NCBI RefSeq assembly: GCF_009914755.1
Contig: NC_060925.1
Direction: 5' to 3' (one strand)
Length of the DNA stretch: 64,000 nt
From: the human T2T-CHM13v2.0 reference genome, Homo sapiens
Shown: positions 13,721 to 29,574 of the stretch, piece by piece
Numbering within the stretch: the stretch's first letter is position 1
Layout of the letters: every line of letters starts with the position of its first letter
Translations under genes and position numbers: made by a program
The notes under the pieces: generated by a model
What the model was told of the DNA's origin: nothing
Databases searched by the model: none
The model's input: only the letters and a program-made list of their open reading frames with translations

Positions 13721-14774
13721 TCATTAAGGGGTACTTCATATTTCACTCACTATACAGGTATTAATTTAGTGCCTTTTATGTGAAAGACATTGTGTTATGC
13801 ACTAAATGATAGCTGTAAGCAAAACAAAACTCTGCCTTTATGGGACTTAACATCCCCATATACCTGATGCACAATTCATACAGTTGGGACACCTCTTTCC
13901 CATTAGCCCTCTACATCTTACCTCCAATATAAATAGCAAATTAGTCTACTTATCTTGTTCTTCACTACTACTATATAGTGCTTCTTCACTACTACTATAT
14001 ATAGTTATTGATGATGCCACCTCAAATTTATTAAAGTCTCTCACTTTACTTGTAACACGTTCCCTACCCTAGCCTTTATGGTTCTGTAAATTTTATCCCT
14101 ATGAGAAAAAGAAAATAGAAAAGAAGAAAGAAAGGATACAATGAAAGATCTTATCTTTTTCCTCTTTCTATGATAACCTACATAATTTTCTAATCATGAT
14201 TTTTTCCTAATATTTTCTTGCTATCATGAAATGTTAATTTGTGGACTCCTCCTACTGTTTATTATTATTTTTTTAAAAAATGAAGTATTATATTTAGGGT
14301 CTAGACTAAACTCCCCTAACAAGTATACTCCAAATAACTGAGTTTAATAAGATAGAAATTTGTCTCACATGGGAAAGACCAGAGATAAGCCTTCCATGGC
14401 TGTGGGCAACCCTGTCATCCTTGACATGAGGCTTTAATACCTGAATTAATGGTGGCTGTTCCACTTCTGCCTTTCTAGCAGGAAGACAGAAATAGAAAGT
14501 GCAGAGAAGAAATTTTAATTTTTAAATGAGATCAACTTGAAGTTGCACAAACATCCCATTGGGAACTTAGCCACATGGCTCTATCTATCTACAAAAATAT
14601 ATTGGAAAATGCATCTTTCCTTGTGCAGCCATCTTGTCCTAAAACATGTTGGAGAAATGGGTTGATATCTTTTCACCAAAAAAAGAAAGACACAATGAAT
14701 ACTGAAAATGAATCAGAAGTTTCTGTCCCAATTAGATCTTTTTCAAATTTTGCTTGGTTAAAACTATAAATTAA

Positions 14775-15129
<355 letters not shown>

Positions 15130-15653
15130 TTTGTCTTTTCTTTCTAATTTTCCTTTCGTCTTTTAAAATGAAGCATAATGTATTAATCTGTCAATGTGTA
15201 TGACTCAGTGAATATTTCAGAAAGTACTCTTCTGACATAAAATTTTAATCCAGTGATTCATAATTTTATAAGTGAAATATGACACATTTTAAATTCTAAA
15301 AATAGTAGGTTATATATTAAATGTAAGATCTATATCAACCATTACTAGGAAGCTGACAAAAATAGTATCTGTCAATAAGAAAATAATGACCGGTATTTTT
15401 CCATATTTAATCTAATTTAACGTTAAAAATTTTTATTAAGAGTTATCCATATTGATTTCCAAGTAAAAATGATAGTGGGAAGCGTAGTTCTAGATTCACT
15501 ACACAGCATGCATACTTAAATAACTCAAGCATGAAAAATAAGTAAATGAAAGGAAATATCTCCACTTCTACTAATCAAACAAATAAAAAATACTTCAACC
15601 TCATGCCATGAACTTTAAGTAGCAAAAGTCCAAGGAAAAGATAAGAAAGCTTC

Positions 15654-16061
15654 TTTATAACTTTGTTCTCACACTGCTACAAATAAATACCTGAGACTGG
15701 GTAATTTATAAGGAAGAGCTTTAATTGCCACACAATTCTGCAGGCTGTACAAGAAGCATGGTGGCATCAGCTTCTGGGGAGGCCTCAGGAAGCTTACAAT
15801 CATGGTGGAAGGTGAAGGAGAAGCAGGCATGTCTTATATGGCTGGAACAAGACGAAGATAGAGAAAGGGAAGGTGCTACACATTTTTAAACAACCAGACT
15901 TGTGATAACTCACTCTCATCACAACACCACCAAGAAGGATGGTGTTAAACCATGAGAAACAACCCCCATGATCCAATCACCTTCCAGCAGGCTCACCTCC
16001 AACATTCAGGATTACAATTAGACATGAGATTTGGGCAAGGACACACATCCAAACCATATCA
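15654..16061 (-). mobile_element. MSTA-type MaLR solo LTR
   Basis: AAATACCTGAGACTGGGTAATTTATA...CATCCAAACCATATCA; perfect 5-bp TSD GCTTC (15649-15653 / 16062-16066). Confidence 0.93.
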
Positions 16062-16234
16062 GCTTCTAACATAGAGTAGTGAAAATTTTAATTCACTAAC
16101 CACTTACCAGAACTGTGATTATATAAAGTAGAATTAAGCCAGGAAGGATATTTAACAAAATCTCAAGAGAGAAGACAAAGATTGTGTGCAATTAGCTCTA
16201 GCCAAGCTGTTTTCCTCTCTATTAATAGTTTTCA

Positions 16235-16646
<412 letters not shown>

Positions 16647-16887
16647 AGGAATTAAAAAAATGAAAAGGATATTTAGAACTTAGAAAAGTCTGGCATGGAA
16701 GAATATATAATTTAAGAAATAGGAGAACATTCTGTAGTGTTAATTTCATAACATAGAAGAACTTAATATGATTGTAAATTTAATAAGAAAGCGATAGGTG
16801 AGAGACCATACATTCAAACAACGGAATGAGATTAAAATAGAAATAGCAAAACTGAAGTAACAAGTTAATGACAAGAATATCAATGTC

Positions 16888-17145
<258 letters not shown>

Positions 17146-18683
17146 CTAAAAAACAAATAATAAGCTAAAACAAAGGCAAAAGACAAAAGTGACATTTTAC
17201 GTTTTACTTGATACAGGAAAAGTCTTGAATTAATAACTAAGTCAAAGGGAAAAATCACAAAATGATCATATCAATTCACAAAATGCTGTATCTTATAGAA
17301 GACAGGCAAAAGCATCCAATGAAATAATAATTGGAATCCTCAATAGATAGAACATAAATGTATTTAACTAAATTATCGGTGGATGTTTTCTTGTAGTGAA
17401 GAAAATATGTGTAAATTAAAAGAACACAGAAAACTTCAGAAAAAAAAAGAACATGATTGACATTAATAAATCTTGTAAATTATTAGCTTAATTTTTTTAA
17501 AATAAGATATACTCAAGTGTCCACATGAGAGGAGATAGGGCTAAAAATCAGCCTAGTCTTAAAGTTAACTACATAATATTCAAAGCCTACAATATTTAGA
17601 TACAAAAAAAATTCTAAATTAAGAATTTTCAATTTTAATAAGAGAAACTGAAGTCTTATATGCTCACCATTTTTTTTACAAAGTGTTTTTAATCTAATAG
17701 TCAAGAAGAGTAATAAAAGAGTTTACATTGTTAAAGAACTATATTATAACATCCTACATAATAAAATATGTATCTTTGGCTATAGTATTTAATTTTACTT
17801 TTAAAAATGCTTTATTTGTATATTGCCTGTGTGGTTATAATTAATATAAACTATTCATTCTTTTAAATCTAAAACAAACAAAAACTTTGGGAATTTTGAA
17901 AAGTAGAATGAATAATCATAGTGATTATTCTCTTCAAACCTTTCAAATTTGTAAGAAAATCCTATGTTTAATAAGCTAATTTATTAAATATTAGTGTAAT
18001 CAGCATTTTGTTTAATTGAATTGTGACTTCGCCATGCCTTATGGTATTAACAGTCTGGCTCCAGGTCTACATGGAACCTGATGTCTGCCCCATATTCATT
18101 CCCTTTAAAAATGTTCAACACTCCTCCTTAAGGTGATGTTTGATAATGAGAAATTTAGCTTTAGCTCAGAAACTCTTGTAGGCTTTTTTAAAAATGAAAT
18201 ATTTGTGTTTTGCATGTTCTTTCCTTATATTTTATATATTTTTTTCTAGATTTGGCAGAATACTACATATCTTGAATCACAAACTCTCAACCCCAAACTG
18301 AGAATGTGCCTTCTTTACTCCTTAGCTGTCCTCCTCTCTAAATGTGGAAAGGAGATGCTCTTCATCCTGCACTAAGACATATGGAGATTGCTTCTCCTGT
18401 TCACCTATTCAATTTAAAAAGTGTATCAGAAAACTTAAAAATAACACTTAAGTAGAAGCTCAGCAATATGAATTAGACCACCCTAAATAGAGGTGAGAAG
18501 CGGACAACAGCACTCACTTCAGCCACAACAGGCACTAAATTAATGGCCACAAGATGAGCTGAACGTCAGAACAGCTATTGGGACTGAATCTCCTGATAAA
18601 ATATCTTAATTGAAAGAATTTATCTGGTGGTAGGGTAGAACTGAGGCTTCAGATTATGATCAGTAACTACATTTTATAGTAGC

Positions 18684-19043
18684 TGCTATTGTTTGAATGT
18701 GTCTCCTTAGAGTTATGTGTCGGAAATTCAATCAAAATTGTGCTTATATTAAGATGTGAGACCTTTTTGCTTGCTCTTGTGAATAGATTAATGTTATTAC
18801 GGGGTTGGCTTTCTCATCAAGGGAGTAGTTTCCTTGTAAAAAGGGAGAGTTCCCTTCCCCCCAGTCTTGCCCTCTCTTGACCCTTTCGTCATAAGATGAT
18901 GCAGCAAGAAGACTCTTGACAGATGCCAGCCCCTCGGTCACGGATGTCCCAGCCCCCTTAACTGTAAGCCAATGCATTTCCGTTCATTATAAACTACCTA
19001 ATGTGTAGTATTCTGTTACAGCAGCGCAATACAGACTAAGACA
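18684..19043 (+). mobile_element. MSTB/C/D-type MaLR solo LTR
   Basis: TGCTATTGTTTGAATGTGTC...ATTCTGTTACAGCAGC...GACTAAGACA; TSD GTAGC/GAAGC. Confidence 0.88.
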
Positions 19044-19724
19044 GAAGCCAAGGAAAAATTAATACAGTACATTTTGTCAAAAATACTTAGCTGAAAACAT
19101 TTTGAGTGCCATAGTGCAAAACACAGTCAGGAAAGACATTAATGGTAGATATCCCATGAAAACATTATGCTTCTATTTTGAAATTACTGTCCATATTCAC
19201 TAGCCATAACTACTCAAATAAAATACTGGAACCAACATTGCTGTTAGAAAATCTTTGCCAGTGAAAAAAAAAATGGTTTTCTTTGAAGGCTGCATTTGGT
19301 CTATTGGGAACAGTACCAAATAAAACGTGTATTATTTGGAAGATGTGCTTTAGTGAAATACTATTCAAGATTTATTTTTGATTTGTTTGTTACTTGTTTT
19401 AAAGAGATTATTATTGATAGCATGGTCAAAAAGCTTTTCTTAAATATATCTGGGTTTGTGTACTGGATCTACTCCATATGATATTTAATATTAAACAAAT
19501 AATCTAACCACTGTTTCTCTCTTCTCTACAAAGAAATGCATTTAACAACGACTTTACTTTTGTGGTCATAAGAAGTTATTATAGGTTATAGCTACTGTGA
19601 ACTAAGCTACAGTTTACAATACTAAATTTATTCCAACAATGGATATTTTAGAGCAACTTCCACTCTAGGCACTTAACTCATTTAATACAATAACTGTTAT
19701 TACTAAAAAAGTTCTATGAAATCT

Positions 19725-19728
<4 letters not shown>

Positions 19729-19800
<72 letters not shown>
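19729..19800. repeat. Compound (TC)n(CA)n microsatellite
   Basis: Seen directly. Confidence 0.97.
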
Positions 19801-19802
<2 letters not shown>

Positions 19803-20080
19803 TTCTATGTAACGCTAATAACCCCAGCCTCAGAGAAGGTCATGGACAGTTGTTAACCAACTTTGATAGACTTTTTTGATCCAGAAACATGAAATTAACT
19901 TTGCTAGTTAAATCCTTACATATTTGGCTGTCTATAATAATTAGTACCACCACACTTTCTGATGAAGTTACTCTGAGTTAAAAATCTCAAAGAGAATATA
20001 TAACATGGTTGTTATTTTGTTTTATTTTCTTGTATTTATAAATAGAATAGCATCGTTATTATGCACAATGGGCATGGAAA

Positions 20081-20125
20081 TACACACGCACGTGCACACA
20101 CACACACACACACAGATACACACAC
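20081..20125. repeat. Imperfect (CA)n
   Basis: Seen directly. Confidence 0.85.
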
Positions 20126-21182
20126 CCTATTCCTACCCAGAGAAATAATCGCTTTAAGGTCAATATTACAACTGTTAGAGATCTTCCATAGTAAAAACAG
20201 CTCTGTTGAGAAATATTAAGTTAAACGAGATTCCAATGCTCATTCATTTTCTAAAATATTACTCATGTTAGAGTATTTTTAGTTAAAATATTCAACTAAG
20301 CATCCTAAACAAATTATCATTTAATTTTCCAAATACCAAAGCCACCTTATGGCAATCAAAACTGGTGATCCTAATGCTTTTTCACAACATGGCAAGTTTT
20401 TACTAATTCCAAAAATATGTGGTTTTGTGATATTAACCACATCTATTCAATTGACAACAATTTGGTTTCTTTTTTATTTTATTTTTTTAGTTAAAGGGTA
20501 CAATGTTAAGATTTTAACCAAATCAGTGAACTACATTAGTAAATGAAAATATGATGAAAATATAAAAACATTACAGAGGTGTGATTTTCTAATACTGTAT
20601 ACAAATGCCTCACATAATTGCACTGTGCCTTTGCAGAATTTCTTTTTCATGCTATATTCATAAGCACTTTTTAGCTGGTTTGATACATGTTCAGTTTAAT
20701 AATATTTCATAAATATTTCCAGAGCTGACAATAAGAGAAAGTGAATTACTTATACACTTTAAAGACAAGCAAGTATCCTAAAACTCTAAAAATTAATTCA
20801 ACGTGAAAAACTACTTTTTGGAGAAAATATGTATCTTTTTTTTTTTTTACATATTGCTCAGGGGAGACAAAAGAGCTAGAATTTACATAACAGAACACTG
20901 GAGATGAGAAAGCTGTAGGAAGACAGGGCTTCAGAGATCTGCAGAGGAACTCCTCCAGTTCTGAGTATTGATCGACACTTCCACATGCTTTTGACAAGCG
21001 TGTTTGTGGCGCAGCATAGACACACAAGTAAAGATACGATATGATAGCACCTGGCTCTTACAGGGATCCAAACCTAGTACTGGTCTTACAAACCATACTA
21101 AAGAAATTCACGTTGCTCAAGACATTGAGTAGAATATACAAAAGGGTCCTGCCTTACGTTTGTGGAATAACTAGCCCTAAGT

Positions 21183-21800
<618 letters not shown>

Positions 21801-22668
21801 TTAAAGCAAGAGCCAACAGGATCAAAATATTTTCAGTTAACGACTGTAGACTAGAAAAAATTCTGTGAATATTTATAAAGACACAAAATTACCCAGCCCA
21901 TACCAAGGTAAAATTCACAATATTTGCTATTTAATTTTAGCTATTTTTTAAAGAATTCCAGTTATGCACAGAATCAAGAAAATAAAATTCAAAATATTGA
22001 GATAAATCAATCAAAAATTACTCAGAACTGAAATGGAGGGAGGCTAGAAATAGCAGGCAAGAAAATTAAAACAATTTTTGTTTCTTTATTATATACACCT
22101 AATGTAAAATAGAGGCAGGGGAAATGGAAAATGAAAATTTTAAATTGATTTTCTATAGTGAGAACTACAATGTCTGAGATATACTAGATGAGATCAAGAA
22201 CTTAATAAATATTGCAGTAAAACAATATTACATTCAGAATACAGGAATACAAAGTAGTTAAATAAGGCACTGAGAGAACAGAGAAAAAAAAGAACGGAGC
22301 ATCAATAACTGGTAGAAAGATGTCAAGGAGCCAACTGTATATATATATTGGAAGTTCTGAAGAAAAGGAAAGAGGAAAAGAAGAAAAAAATATATTTGAA
22401 GAAATAATTGGTGAATTATTTTTAATGTTTTATGAAAACTGTAAAGCCACAGATCTGAGAAGCTCAACAAACCCCAAACACAAGAAACATGAAAATAACT
22501 ATAAGAACTACATCATAATCAATTTTCTCAATATCAGTGATAGGAGAACATCGTAAATGTAGCCAGATATGAAATACAATGTTATATAAAGACGGGAAGA
22601 AAATGTGACAGTAGCAGAAGATTTATCACTGGAAACAATGAAATAAGAGAGTAGATATCTTGAAACTT

Positions 22669-22921
22669 GTTTTATTTTTATTTTTATTTTATTTTATTTT
22701 ATTTTTGAGATGGAGTCTCACTCTGTCACCCAGGCTGGAGTGCAGTGTTTCAGCCTCCCGAGTAGCTGGCTCGCCACCGCACCCAGCTAATTTTTGTGTT
22801 TTTAGTAGAGATGGGGTTTCACCATCTTGGCCAGGCTGGTCTCAAACTCCTGATCTTGTGATCCACCTGCCTCAGCTTCCCAAATGGTTGGGATTACAGG
22901 CGTGAGCCACTGAGCCTGGCC
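22669..22921 (-). mobile_element. AluS (Sg/Sc-like) with two internal deletions in the right arm
   Basis: GTGCAGTG joined directly to TTTCAGCCTCCCGAG; GATTACAGG also missing after GTAGCTGG; TSD AAACTTGTTTT. Confidence 0.93.
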
Positions 22922-24224
22922 AAAACTTGTTTTATAAAGAGTTTCATTGTAGAATTCCACATCAGCAAAATAATCTTATGAAAATTAAGGTAAAGTACCC
23001 TTTCAGACATACAAAAGCTGAGAAAAATTATTATAGACAGTAATTCAATATAAGAAATGCTTTTAAAATATCCTTTATTACACATAGAAAAATGAGACCT
23101 GTAGGAAATTTAGATCTGTAAAAATTAATGAACATTATTTGAAATAATTGCATAAGTGTATAACATTATTTTATTATTTAAAATATAAATATATGTAGAA
23201 ATTAATTAAAAATAATCTTTAAAGGATGATAATTTAACCAAAAATACTCACAATGTAATATTATTATTATACTAGCCCCACAACTAATGGCTGTTACAAT
23301 AATAATGATGGAATAATTGAATTGGACACTAGAAGAGGCAAAGATTGGCAGTGACCACACGGCAAGTCAACAGAACAGATCTTAGTTAATAGTTCAACCA
23401 GGAGCACACTGACCAGCTGAGAGCATTTTTTTGCACATATCAATCTTAAAGACTATGCCTTTTTCTTATTTACTCTTCTCTATTCACTCCCAGACTCCCA
23501 ACACAATTTCTCTTTCTTTTGTACCACAAACTCAAGGCTCAGATTCCTTCACTAGTGAATTATATCAGATAGCTAAGGAAGAAGTAATATTGATTTTACA
23601 CAGAATACTCTAGAGTTTGAAAGGGAAGAAATACTCCACAACTCATTCTATAAAGTCAAACTTACCCGATCTCAAAACCAAAGGCATTACAAAAGAAAGA
23701 AAGAAAAGAAATAAAGAAAGCAAGAAGGAAGATATTGATGCGGATACAGTATGGGATAACATCTAAAATTATTTGTGACAAAAATTCTCAGCAATTTAAT
23801 AACAAAAGGAATCTCTTTTAATCTGATAAATGGAATCCATAAAAATCCTACAACTGATACTATTCTGAAAGAAAAGTATGTACTGCCTTTCTCATAAGAT
23901 CAGAAATAAGATAAATAATGTCCACATCCACTTTTACCACTTCCCATTTCTATCCAATCATTTACCAAAGATTCTATCCAGTCCAATAAGGCAAAAACCA
24001 AGACAGTGGGCTTGGTGGACACAGTGATGATGACAGAGACAGAGAGAGGGAGAAGGACACAAAGAGAGATGGAGAGAAAGCAGAGAGACACAGACAGAAA
24101 GTGGGGGAGGACAAAGCCCAGATTGGAAGGGAAGAAGGCAAAAATCATTTATTTAATGACAAAATTATTGTCTATGTACAAAATCTGATGGAATATACAA
24201 AATGTATTTAAAAAAAATTTAAAA

Positions 24225-25600
24225 AAATGAACCAGACCCAGACTTTATATGCTTCACAAAAATTAACTCAAAATAAATTGTAGACCAAAATGTAAAGCTT
24301 AAAACTAAAAAATCTCCTATAATATAACATATGAAAAAAATCTAGAGGACCTTCATTTTGGTGATGATTTTTAGAGATATTAGTAACACCAAATATATGA
24401 AATAAATAATTGATAAGCTGAAGTACATTACAATTAAAATTATCTGCTCTATCAAAGATACTGTCAAAAGAATGAAAGAGCAAGATACAGGCTGAGAGAA
24501 AATATTTTTCAAAGGGCATATCTGACGAAGAACTGTAATCCCAAATATGTAAAGAACATTTAAAACTGAAAAATAATAAAATGGACAACTTGATTAAAAA
24601 CTGAGCCAAAAATCTTAACAGATATCTCAGCAAAAAGATATACAAATGGCAAATAAGGATATAAAAAGATGCTTCACATCATATATGTCATTAGGAATGT
24701 ATAAATTAACACAGCAATGAGATAGCATTACAAACAAGATAACCACTATTAGAATGGCCAAATCCAGAGCACCAGCATCACCAAATGTTGGTGAAGATGT
24801 GGAGCGACAAGAACTCATATTTACTGCTTATGGGAATGCAGAATGATACAGTCACTTTTAGAAGACAGTTTAGCAGTTTCTTACAAAACTAAACATACTC
24901 ATAACACATAATCCAGGAATTATGTTTCTTGGCTTTTTCTCAAAAGTGTTAACAAGTTTATGTCCAAGCAAAAATCTGCACATAGATGTTTGTAGTAGGT
25001 TTATTCATAATTACCAAAACTTGGAAACAACCAAGATGTCCTTCCATAAATGAATGTGTAAATAAATTGTTACATCCTCATAATGGGGTATTATCCAGCA
25101 CTAAAAAAAAAAGCTACCCAGCCACAAAAAGACATGGAGAAATCATAAATGTGTATTATTAAATGAAAGAAACCAATCAAAAAAGGATTGCAATTATATG
25201 ACATCTTAGAAAAGACAAGTATGGAGATAGTATTAATAAGAAAATAAAATCTGTGATTGCTATGGTTTGAGAAGGAAAGGGATACATAGGCATAAAACAG
25301 AGGATTTTTAGGGCAGTGAAGCTACTTGTATGAAACTGTAGTGGTGGATATGCATCATAAAAAGTTGTGCAAACAAACAGAATGTAAAATGTCAAGAGTG
25401 AACCCTAACTCTGGGTGGCATGATTTGTTAACATATGTTCATCAATCATAACAAAAGTACTACTGTGGTAAGGAATGCTGATAATGGGAGAGGCTATGCA
25501 TGCATGGCAACAGGGTATATGGTAAATCTCTGTAATGTCCACTGAGGTTTTCTGTGAATCTAAAACTTCTCTGAAAAATGAAGTCTATTAAAAATAAAAA
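24225..25600 (+). mobile_element. L1MC1-like 3' portion
   Basis: GACAGTTTAGCAGTTTCTTACAAAACTAAACATACTC, AGGATTTTTAGGGCAGTGAA, 3' end CTAAAACTTCTCTGAAAAATGAAGTCTATTAAAA. Confidence 0.85.
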
Positions 25601-25651
25601 TGAATATCTATTAAGAGAATCCCAGTATATTTTTTAAAATTAAATTTTGCT

Positions 25652-25729
25652 ATTTTTAAATTTTTATAGTTACATATTAGATGTATATATTTATGAGGTA
25701 CATAAAATATTTTGATAAAGGCACCAACA
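25652..25729 (-). mobile_element. Tiny L1MA-type 3'-end insertion
   Basis: ATGTATATATTTATGAGGTACATA...TTTTGATA; flanked by TGCTATTTTT on both sides. Confidence 0.65.
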
Positions 25730-26379
25730 TGCTATTTTTCCATTGGTGGAAATTGACAAACTGATTCTCAAATGTGAATGTAAATTATAAGAACTTAGAA
25801 TAGTCAAAAATTAATTTGAAAAAGGAGCACTAACCCTATCTGATTTCAAGATTTATGTTAATCTTAACTAACATTGTGTTACTGGCATAAGATGGACAAT
25901 TTGAATAATGGGACAGAATAAAGAGTATATAAGTAGCCTTAATCATATATGGACAACTAGTTTTCAACAAATATGTGAAGGCAATCTAGTAATTAAAAAA
26001 AAATAAGCAGTCCTTTAAACAAATGTGGATGGAATGATTGAATATTCATGTTTAAAAATGAACTTAGACCAACCTTGAATCATATACAGTAATTAACTCA
26101 GAATAGATCATAGACCTAAATGTAATGTCTAAAAGTATACTCCATGTAGGAACAAAACACTGGAGAAAATATTTGTGACTTTGGGTTAGGTGAAGAATAT
26201 TTTAAATACAACATCAAAAGCAGGTTCCATAGAAGAATATACTGATAAGTGATTTTTAAAAATATTATATATCCAGTTTTCAATATGTATTGTTAAGAGA
26301 ATGAATAGACAAATCACAGACTACAAAAGTTAAATAGTTTATTTTCAATTTTCAAGCACTTCATCATCATCATAATCTA

Positions 26380-26600
26380 AAATTATTTATTTATTCATTA
26401 CCATACGTCTGGTACTGTACTGTTTTACATGCGTTATTTCATTAAGTCCTTTCAGCAATCCTATAAGGAAGATATAAATTTTCTCATTTCACACATGAGT
26501 AAAGAGAAGATTTAAAGAATTAGGTAAATTGCTTTGGGCCAAAAGATGTAGCATCTGAATATAATTGCCTATCTAATTTTTACTTTCTCTAACACTTGAT
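26380..26600 (-). mobile_element. MIR
   Basis: TTTTACATGCGTTATTTCATT...CAATCCTATAAGG...CATTTCACACATGAG...TAGGTAAATTGC. Confidence 0.7.
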
Positions 26601-27198
26601 ACAATAAAGCCTCATAATTAATGGCTGATATAACCATAATTATTGAATGAATTAGACACCAAGAAGGACAAAGATTGGCATCATTCAACAAGTCCTCAGA
26701 AACAGAGCTTAGTCAGGGATTGAACTGGTCACAAACTTCCCAGCCTAGAGTATATTGTGTTATATGTGTCAATCCTATGTAATTAGCTTATTTCTTATTT
26801 GCTGCTTTCTCTTTCACTACCAAAATTCCAGTTAAATGTCTTCCTTTTTCCTGTTTTTCTTTCCAGAAAATTGTGCTGAATTGTCACTTAGAATAAATCT
26901 TAATTCCCCAATCATCACAGTACTTGACAGGTTCTCATTAGCTCTTAAGCATGCATATAGAAAAATACTGAAAAATGGACCGAATTAACTTTTGTGGCTT
27001 TTTCCTATTTTCTTTACTTGGGGATAAATGTTTATTCACATCTATACTCTTTTTTGTCCAGAGAAATAGAAGAACTCATAAAATTGAATCTATTCCTACC
27101 AAATTCTTCACAGAGAATTTTTGAAGACATGATTAAGATAAAGACAAATACAATTACTTAGTGATTACTATTACAGATAAAATTATGTAGAAAATGTC

Positions 27199-27504
27199 GG
27201 CTGGACGCGGTGGCTCACGCCTGTAATCCCAGTACTTTTGGAGGCCGAGGCAGGCGGATCACGAGGTCAGGAGATCCAGACCATCCTGGCTAACACGGTG
27301 AAACTCAGTCTCTACTAAAAATACAAAAAATTAGCTGGGCGTGGTGCCGCGCGCCTATAGTCCCAGCTACTCAGGAGGCTGAGGCAGGAGAACGGCGTGA
27401 ACTCGGGAGGCGGAGCTTGCAGTGAGCTGAGATCACGCCACTGCACTCCAGCCTGGGCGACATACCAAGACTCCTTCTCAAAAAAAAAAAAAAAAAAAAA
27501 AAAA
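27199..27504 (+). mobile_element. AluY, full length
   Basis: AluY diagnostics, pure A-tail, TSD TAGAAAATGTC (27188-27198 / 27507-27517). Confidence 0.98.
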
Positions 27505-28505
27505 TTTAGAAAATGTCTATGCTCAGATGGTTTATATCTGTTTTTCACTCTCCTTAGCAGTTCCCACCATTTTGAACATGTTAATTCAAGGTGAATTTCA
27601 CTTTCCTAATAAAATTGTATCTTAAAAAATAAGAAATAATATCTCCTACTGTTCCAAAAGACTTTCCTGAATTATCCTCTCTTCCAAATAGCATCTATTT
27701 CATTTCATATTTAAGTTCTAAGCAGTCTTCAATCATATTTATTGAAGTGTGAATTGCATTACTTGTCTCTATTCTGTAAAATATCAGCTGACTTTCTCAA
27801 GTGGAGCTCTTTTTCTTTGTTTCACAGAATCTAAGCAATTAAAATACACAATTTGGTTTTTTTTCCGATGTTTATTTTATCTTTCTGAAGGGATTTTGTC
27901 TGACTGAAAAAGAATGCTGTTGGTTTTTTGTTATTCTGTATTTTTTATATCTATATTCTAGTAGAAATCCTGATATTTGCTAAATAGGTTTTACATTGAC
28001 AGTTTTATATTTATTGCCTTGATCATTAGACTAATTGACAAATAAAAGAGTCAATTACTTGCCCAATTTTTGGAATCTGGGAAGGGGAAGCCTTACTTAT
28101 CCATCTAGTTTTCAGGTATTCCTCTTCCTTAACTCAGCCTTGTTAAGCTTCTTCCAAGTCCGTGTGCCAGGCAGAAAGTAACAGTGATTACTGAAAACAC
28201 TTTAAAAGAGATAGGTCTTATACTCTATTAAGGGACAGCTTACTGCCCAGAAAATATAAGTAGCCAATTTGCTTGTTACATACAAGAATCAATTAAACTA
28301 AAACATAAACATAAAGTAAAATCTCAATAGATATAAATGCATATGAACAATTTAAGATGAAGAATTTAACAAAAAAAAACATAAACAGAAGAAAATGTGT
28401 TTATCCTCACCAGTAACCAAATAATAACAAGAGTTAGGTTAATCTCCCACCTGATAAATTAACTAATTAAATTATTACTGAGTATTATTATTGATAATAC
28501 TTGAT

Positions 28506-28815
28506 GGCCAGGTGCTGTGGCTCACACCTGTAATCCCATCAATGAGAGGCTGAGGTGGGCGGATCTCTTGAGGTCAAGAGTTTGAGACAAGCCTGGCCAA
28601 TATGACAAAACCCTGACTCTACTAAAAATAAAAAAATTAGACGGGTGTGTTGGCACGCACCTGTAGTCCCAGCTACTCGAGAGGCTGAGATCAGAGAATT
28701 GTTTGAACCTGGGAGGTGGAGGCTGCAGTGAGCTGAGCTGAATTCACACCACTGCACTCCAGCCTGGGTGGCAGAGTGAGGCTCCGTCTGCTTAAATAAA
28801 TAAATAAATAAAATA
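28506..28815 (+). mobile_element. Old Alu (Sz/Jb-like) with (TAAA)n tail
   Basis: TSD ATAATACTTGAT / ATAATGCTTGAT. Confidence 0.95.
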
Positions 28816-29574
28816 ATAATGCTTGATGGCAAAAATGCGATGAGTGTTGTATATCTGTTACTATTGGGAGCATTCAGCCCTTCACTTATTTAAGTCATTT
28901 ACTGATCACATACAAAGTGTAATAAGCCATGATGACACATCAGTGAACAAGAAGAAAAGGTTTCTGCTTTCATGGAAAATATGGTTAATCAAGGAAATAT
29001 TAAACAAATACTTACATGAAAATAATTATCAAAATTCTTGCAATCTTAAAATAAATATCTTGCCTATTTGAATTCAAGGAAGTTTAGAATTTGAAAATTT
29101 ATTGCTGAAATTGAATTGCCTCACAATCACACATGGAATATGTTTATAACTCATAAGTTTTCCTCTTTCTTCAGCTGTAACTGATATTGATTAATTAATT
29201 GATTAATGAAGGTATTTGAGGTATCTTGATTGCTCCAAAATAATTTAAGGAATAATCAAAGTTACATACAGAACAATACTTATTGTCTAAATATTTTAAA
29301 TACTCTAATATTCTTTTCTGTTGTCCCTTTAGATTCAAAGACAATTCAAGTAAATTATCAGGCATAGAAAGGAACAGAACAGGCTACAGAGTTTCTTAGA
29401 GACATAGTTTAATTCATGATTTTTTACCTTGATTTCTTTCAATGTTTTATAGCATTCTCTAGGAAACATATTTTTAAAACTAGAAAGCTCCACTCACTAT
29501 TAATTTTCAGTGTTGGGGACCTAACAAATCTATGACTTGGTAGCCTATTGTTACAGGCCATATGTTGCTGTGTG

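Larger units (their letters stand above)
23523..26330 (+). mobile_element. Old L1M ORF2 fragments hosting younger insertions
   Basis: CTCAAGGCTCAGATTCCTTCACTAGTGAATTATATCAG (PGPDGFTxEFYQ-like); resumes at ~25740 with GAAATTGACAAACTGATTCT. Confidence 0.75.

Noticed and set aside
14290-14720. Possible old MLT1 LTR relic (also 56360-56460, 60400-60840 and a MER20-like relic at 46745-46935)
   Set aside because: Too degraded to assign by eye; needs a Dfam HMM search.
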